Origin: an uncultured Gammaproteobacteria bacterium
Lineage (GTDB): Bacteria > Pseudomonadota > Gammaproteobacteria > Pseudomonadales > Cellvibrionaceae
Assembly (NCBI GenBank): GCA_966096785.1
Contig: CBHTVU010000001.1
Span: 8,850-72,849 of the forward strand
Length of the DNA: 64,000 bases
Direction of reading: 5' to 3'
This document shows positions 61,856 through 64,000 of this stretch, piece by piece (within the stretch, counting starts at the first letter, position 1; every line of letters begins with the position of its first letter). Under the pieces are notes generated by a model. That model was not told where the DNA came from and did no database searches. It saw only the letters and a list, made by a program, of their open reading frames with translations. A program made the position numbers and the translations under genes.

Positions 61856-62215
61856 ATGGCCAATAAGACATTTAAAAATGAAATTTTACAAAATGCAGTT
61901 CGTTGTGGCTTCTTATCTGATAACCCAACAGCGCTAAACTACCATGTGCATTACCAGTACTTAGGAATGGTAGATAATCAGCTTGAATTTAGGCATATTA
62001 AAAACGGAGGCAGCATTATATTTTCATTGAAATTAATTACAGGACTATCAGAAAGGTTTAAACCTGCCGCTGAATTTAAGTTTAAGTTCACAGATAAAGA
62101 CGCCGATCTTATAGAGGCGGGGTTAATAGCGCTGTCAGTTAGTAAGCCTGAGAAGCTACAGGAGATTGAAGGGTTAATAGAATACATTCACAAACAAAGA
62201 AGGGAGCTTAATTAG
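61856..62215 (+). CDS. hypothetical protein
   Basis: MANKTFKNEILQNAVRCGF... 119 aa. Confidence 0.55.
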   Translation: MANKTFKNEILQNAVRCGFLSDNPTALNYHVHYQYLGMVDNQLEFRHIKNGGSIIFSLKLITGLSERFKPAAEFKFKFTDKDADLIEAGLIALSVSKPEKLQEIEGLIEYIHKQRRELN

Positions 62216-62251
62216 TTACTGTTCCCGGCAAATAGTTATAGTATAGGCGCG

Positions 62252-62302
62252 CCCCGTTCACCATTTTTGGTGAACGGGGTTTTGTATTAATAAACAACGC
62301 TT
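62252..62302 (+). promoter_or_regulatory. cassette EC19
   Basis: Perfect 11-bp stem CCCCGTTCACC/GGTGAACGGGG, then TTTTGTATTAATAAACAACGCTT|ATG(62303). Confidence 0.6.
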
Positions 62303-62461
62303 ATGAAATGTTTATTTGATCAATGGTATGATGGCGAAGCACAGAACCTTAATAATTTTACTATAAAGTTATTTGAGGCGCTTATGGTAGCGGATGGTTT
62401 AAACAGGGATAAATTTAAAATAGCATGGCCAGAGTATTTTAAAGACTGCAAAAACTTTTAA
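62303..62461 (+). CDS. hypothetical small protein (52 aa)
   Basis: MKCLFDQWYDGEAQNLNNFTIKLFEALMVADGLNRDKFKIAWPEYFKDCKNF. Framed by cassettes; below the track cutoff. Confidence 0.45.
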   Translation: MKCLFDQWYDGEAQNLNNFTIKLFEALMVADGLNRDKFKIAWPEYFKDCKNF

Positions 62462-62469
62462 CAACATTC

Positions 62470-62512
62470 CCCCGTCAAATAGGCGGGGTTTTGTATTTAT
62501 AAAACACTTGTT
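62470..62512 (+). promoter_or_regulatory. cassette EC20
   Basis: Stem CCCCGTC/GGCGGGG (one G-U pair), then TTTTGTATTTATAAAACACTTGTT|ATG(62513). Confidence 0.6.
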
Positions 62513-62680
62513 ATGCCTAAATTTAAAATTCCTGTTAGTTGGCAAATGTCCGGCGAATATGAAATAATTGCCTTAACTAAAGAAGCCGCCATAAACATAG
62601 CCAACAATTTGCCATTGCCTGACGGTAATTATGTTGACAAATCTTTTGAAATTCGTGAGGATGAAATTGAAACAGAATAG
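62513..62680 (+). CDS. hypothetical small protein (55 aa)
   Basis: MPKFKIPVSWQMSGEYEIIALTKEAAINIANNLPLPDGNYVDKSFEIREDEIETE. Framed by cassettes. Confidence 0.45.
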   Translation: MPKFKIPVSWQMSGEYEIIALTKEAAINIANNLPLPDGNYVDKSFEIREDEIETE

Positions 62681-62718
62681 GCGCAATTTTGCGCCTATTT
62701 GTATTTAAAAACACTACT
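62679..62718 (+). promoter_or_regulatory. cassette EC21
   Basis: Stem AGGCGCA/TGCGCCT, then ATTTGTATTTAAAAACACTACT|ATG(62719). The hairpin is near-identical to EC03. Confidence 0.6.
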
Positions 62719-63114
62719 ATGAATTTAGAATCTTACTGCAATACACTTGCAGAATACAAAAAGTCGCAACCTGTTAGCGCTGCCTATCCACCTATTAAGG
62801 GTATCAACACGCTATGGGTGCCACTGTGGAGCGGCAAAAGAACTGCAACACTGAATCTAAACCACGGGGTTCCTAATTATGACACAAAAACTGGCATGGC
62901 CTACGGCGAAAATGGCAATTGTCAAACCCCCTACGTAATTATAGAAGTGCCGGAATGGTTTACTGACCGACATGTTGAAATAGTCGCAGAATTACTCTGT
63001 AAGGAGATGAACAAACCAGCTGGTTATCCAACCATCCGCGTGTTAAAGGCTGAACGCATTGCGGCAATTAAAAGAATTATTGGTACATTGCAGCCGGAAA
63101 CCATTACACAATGA
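62719..63114 (+). CDS. hypothetical protein
   Basis: MNLESYCNTLAEYKKSQPV... 131 aa. Confidence 0.55.
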   Translation: MNLESYCNTLAEYKKSQPVSAAYPPIKGINTLWVPLWSGKRTATLNLNHGVPNYDTKTGMAYGENGNCQTPYVIIEVPEWFTDRHVEIVAELLCKEMNKPAGYPTIRVLKAERIAAIKRIIGTLQPETITQ

Positions 63115-63139
63115 GGTGTAGGTTGTGATTTGCTTTCAA

Positions 63140-63183
63140 GCCCTGGTCAATGACCAGGGCTTTTGTATTAATAAACACTCGTT
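63140..63183 (+). promoter_or_regulatory. cassette EC22
   Basis: Stem GCCCTGGTC/GACCAGGGC, then TTTTGTATTAATAAACACTCGTT|ATG(63184). Confidence 0.6.
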
Positions 63184-63666
63184 ATGCAATCAAACCAGTA
63201 TAAAGTTAAATTCGTAAAAGAGAATGACGACGAATCGCAATCTGTTCTGGCTGTGTTCCCTGACCTCAAGGATCGTACATATGTTCGAGGCTACAGTCAT
63301 CAGGGCCAACATTGCAATGTTGATAGCGAATATTATTTAGGCTTAGAGGAAGCAAATAGGCGCGAATTTCTACCGCTTTATTTCGAGCTTGTTGGTCTTG
63401 GCTACAAGCTACTCGTAATAAACGATAATGAACCGTCGCCAGACCCTATTAAAAAAGCGTTTAGCAGCCCAACTAAAGAAACCAGAACAATTGTTGTTTA
63501 CCAGGATGGATGCGTTAGGCTTTTCGACCAATCCAACACAGAGGAAGATACTGCAAAGGTTATAGTATATGAGCCTGATGAATTTAATGAGCTTTCAAAA
63601 GCGTATCAGGAAATAATTGACGGCGAAGAACTTTACGAGATTCAACAAGCCATACAAGCCCCGTAA
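63184..63666 (+). CDS. hypothetical protein
   Basis: 160-aa ORF framed by cassettes. Confidence 0.6.
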   Translation: MQSNQYKVKFVKENDDESQSVLAVFPDLKDRTYVRGYSHQGQHCNVDSEYYLGLEEANRREFLPLYFELVGLGYKLLVINDNEPSPDPIKKAFSSPTKETRTIVVYQDGCVRLFDQSNTEEDTAKVIVYEPDEFNELSKAYQEIIDGEELYEIQQAIQAP

Positions 63667-63697
63667 CCGGGGCTTTTTGTGTTAATAAACACATACT
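63657..63697 (+). promoter_or_regulatory. cassette EC23
   Basis: Stem AGCCCCG/CGGGGCT (the preceding stop lies in the loop), then TTTTGTGTTAATAAACACATACT|ATG(63698). Confidence 0.6.
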
Positions 63698-63868
63698 ATG
63701 TCTAAACAAAGTAAAAAGAAGTATAAATTTACCAGCACTGGCACTGGCGAAGTATCAGAAATCATAGATGCATTAGAGAAGGTTTTAAGTGGATTAAAAG
63801 CATTAAAAGAAAATCAGCCTATTAATTTAAAATGGGAGGATAAAACCCTTTATACTGAGATTAGGTAA
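63698..63868 (+). CDS. hypothetical small protein (56 aa)
   Basis: MSKQSKKKYKFTSTGTGEVSEIIDALEKVLSGLKALKENQPINLKWEDKTLYTEIR. Framed by cassettes. Confidence 0.45.
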   Translation: MSKQSKKKYKFTSTGTGEVSEIIDALEKVLSGLKALKENQPINLKWEDKTLYTEIR

Positions 63869-63870
63869 AC

Positions 63871-63917
63871 AATAGCCCCAATTACGGGGCTATTGTTATT
63901 TAAAAACACTTATACGT
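63871..63917 (+). promoter_or_regulatory. cassette EC24
   Basis: Stem AATAGCCCC/GGGGCTATT, then GTTATTTAAAAACACTTATACGT|ATG(63918). Confidence 0.55.
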
Positions 63918-64000
63918 ATGACATATACAAACATTCTGCCTACCATTAATACCATGCCAAGGTTTCATATTCTAAAAGTAACAATACTTCCCGCATCGCA
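63918..64000 (+). CDS. hypothetical protein (5' fragment, continues beyond the window)
   Basis: ATG at the cassette position; the frame is open to the window end (MTYTNILPTINTMPRFHILKVTILPAS...). Confidence 0.4.
   Translation, partial: MTYTNILPTINTMPRFHILKVTILPAS

Noticed and set aside
55800-62719. N-terminal extensions given by the ORF track for array genes (55800, 56449, 57360, 57605, 59080, 59728, 61240, 61485, 61820, 62689)
   Set aside because: The extensions start at TTG/GTG/ATG codons inside the hairpin or box and translate the repeat itself (recurrent ...FKNT.../...IKTL... peptides). The conserved ATG position after the box is the consistent start.
55235-64000. Regularly spaced repeats that might be a CRISPR array
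   Set aside because: The 'spacers' are 90-740 bp and are protein-coding. The repeat units are composite (a variable hairpin plus a conserved A/T box) and sit exactly at start codons. No cas genes are present.
1-64000. Evidence for lysogeny (integrase, excisionase, attP) or a transposable element
   Set aside because: No recombinase or transposase-like ORF and no terminal inverted repeats are visible. The XRE proteins alone do not establish a temperate lifestyle, and the rest of the genome lies outside the window.

Overview
This window reads as one continuous piece of a large (>64 kb) tailed dsDNA phage genome. No rRNA, CRISPR array, transposase or integrase is visible. Expression signals look Bacteroidota-like: there are no Shine-Dalgarno sequences, start contexts are A/T-rich, and TTTG / TAnnTTTG-type promoter boxes occur. 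All product names come from motifs I recognise by eye; no database search was possible.

Layout:
(1) 1-30100, minus strand: lysis-like small membrane genes, fibre-like proteins, major capsid, scaffold, portal, large terminase, a 1965-aa multidomain virion protein, a lytic transglycosylase and large tail proteins. A conserved promoter-like element occurs three times here.
(2) 30156-38441, plus strand: a GroES homologue, an island of 4-5 glycosyltransferase-like and 2 methyltransferase-like genes, an XRE regulator and a metallophosphatase.
(3) 38442-39717: a 1.3-kb stretch with almost no coding potential. It holds a fourth, plus-strand copy of the same promoter element, which faces a ~100-nt terminator-bounded RNA, further structured sequence and strand-specific terminators.
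(4) 39718-53205, plus strand: many small genes, one initiator-like tRNA-Met(CAT), a site-2 (M50) protease next to a secreted FecR-C-terminal-like domain protein, an SGNH esterase, and three paralogous mini-proteins resembling the cytoplasmic N-domain of FecR-type anti-sigma factors.
(5) 53261-55234: a divergent XRE switch region, a phased G/A-tract repeat array, a winged-helix gene and a 0.6-kb gene-free AT-rich region.
(6) 55235 to the window end: 24 consecutive small genes, each preceded by the same composite cassette of a GC-rich hairpin, TTTTGT and ATTTATAAAAACACTTAT directly before the ATG.

The most interesting candidates are the cassette array, the FecR-fragment / S2P set, the promoter-driven non-coding locus and the glycosylation island.
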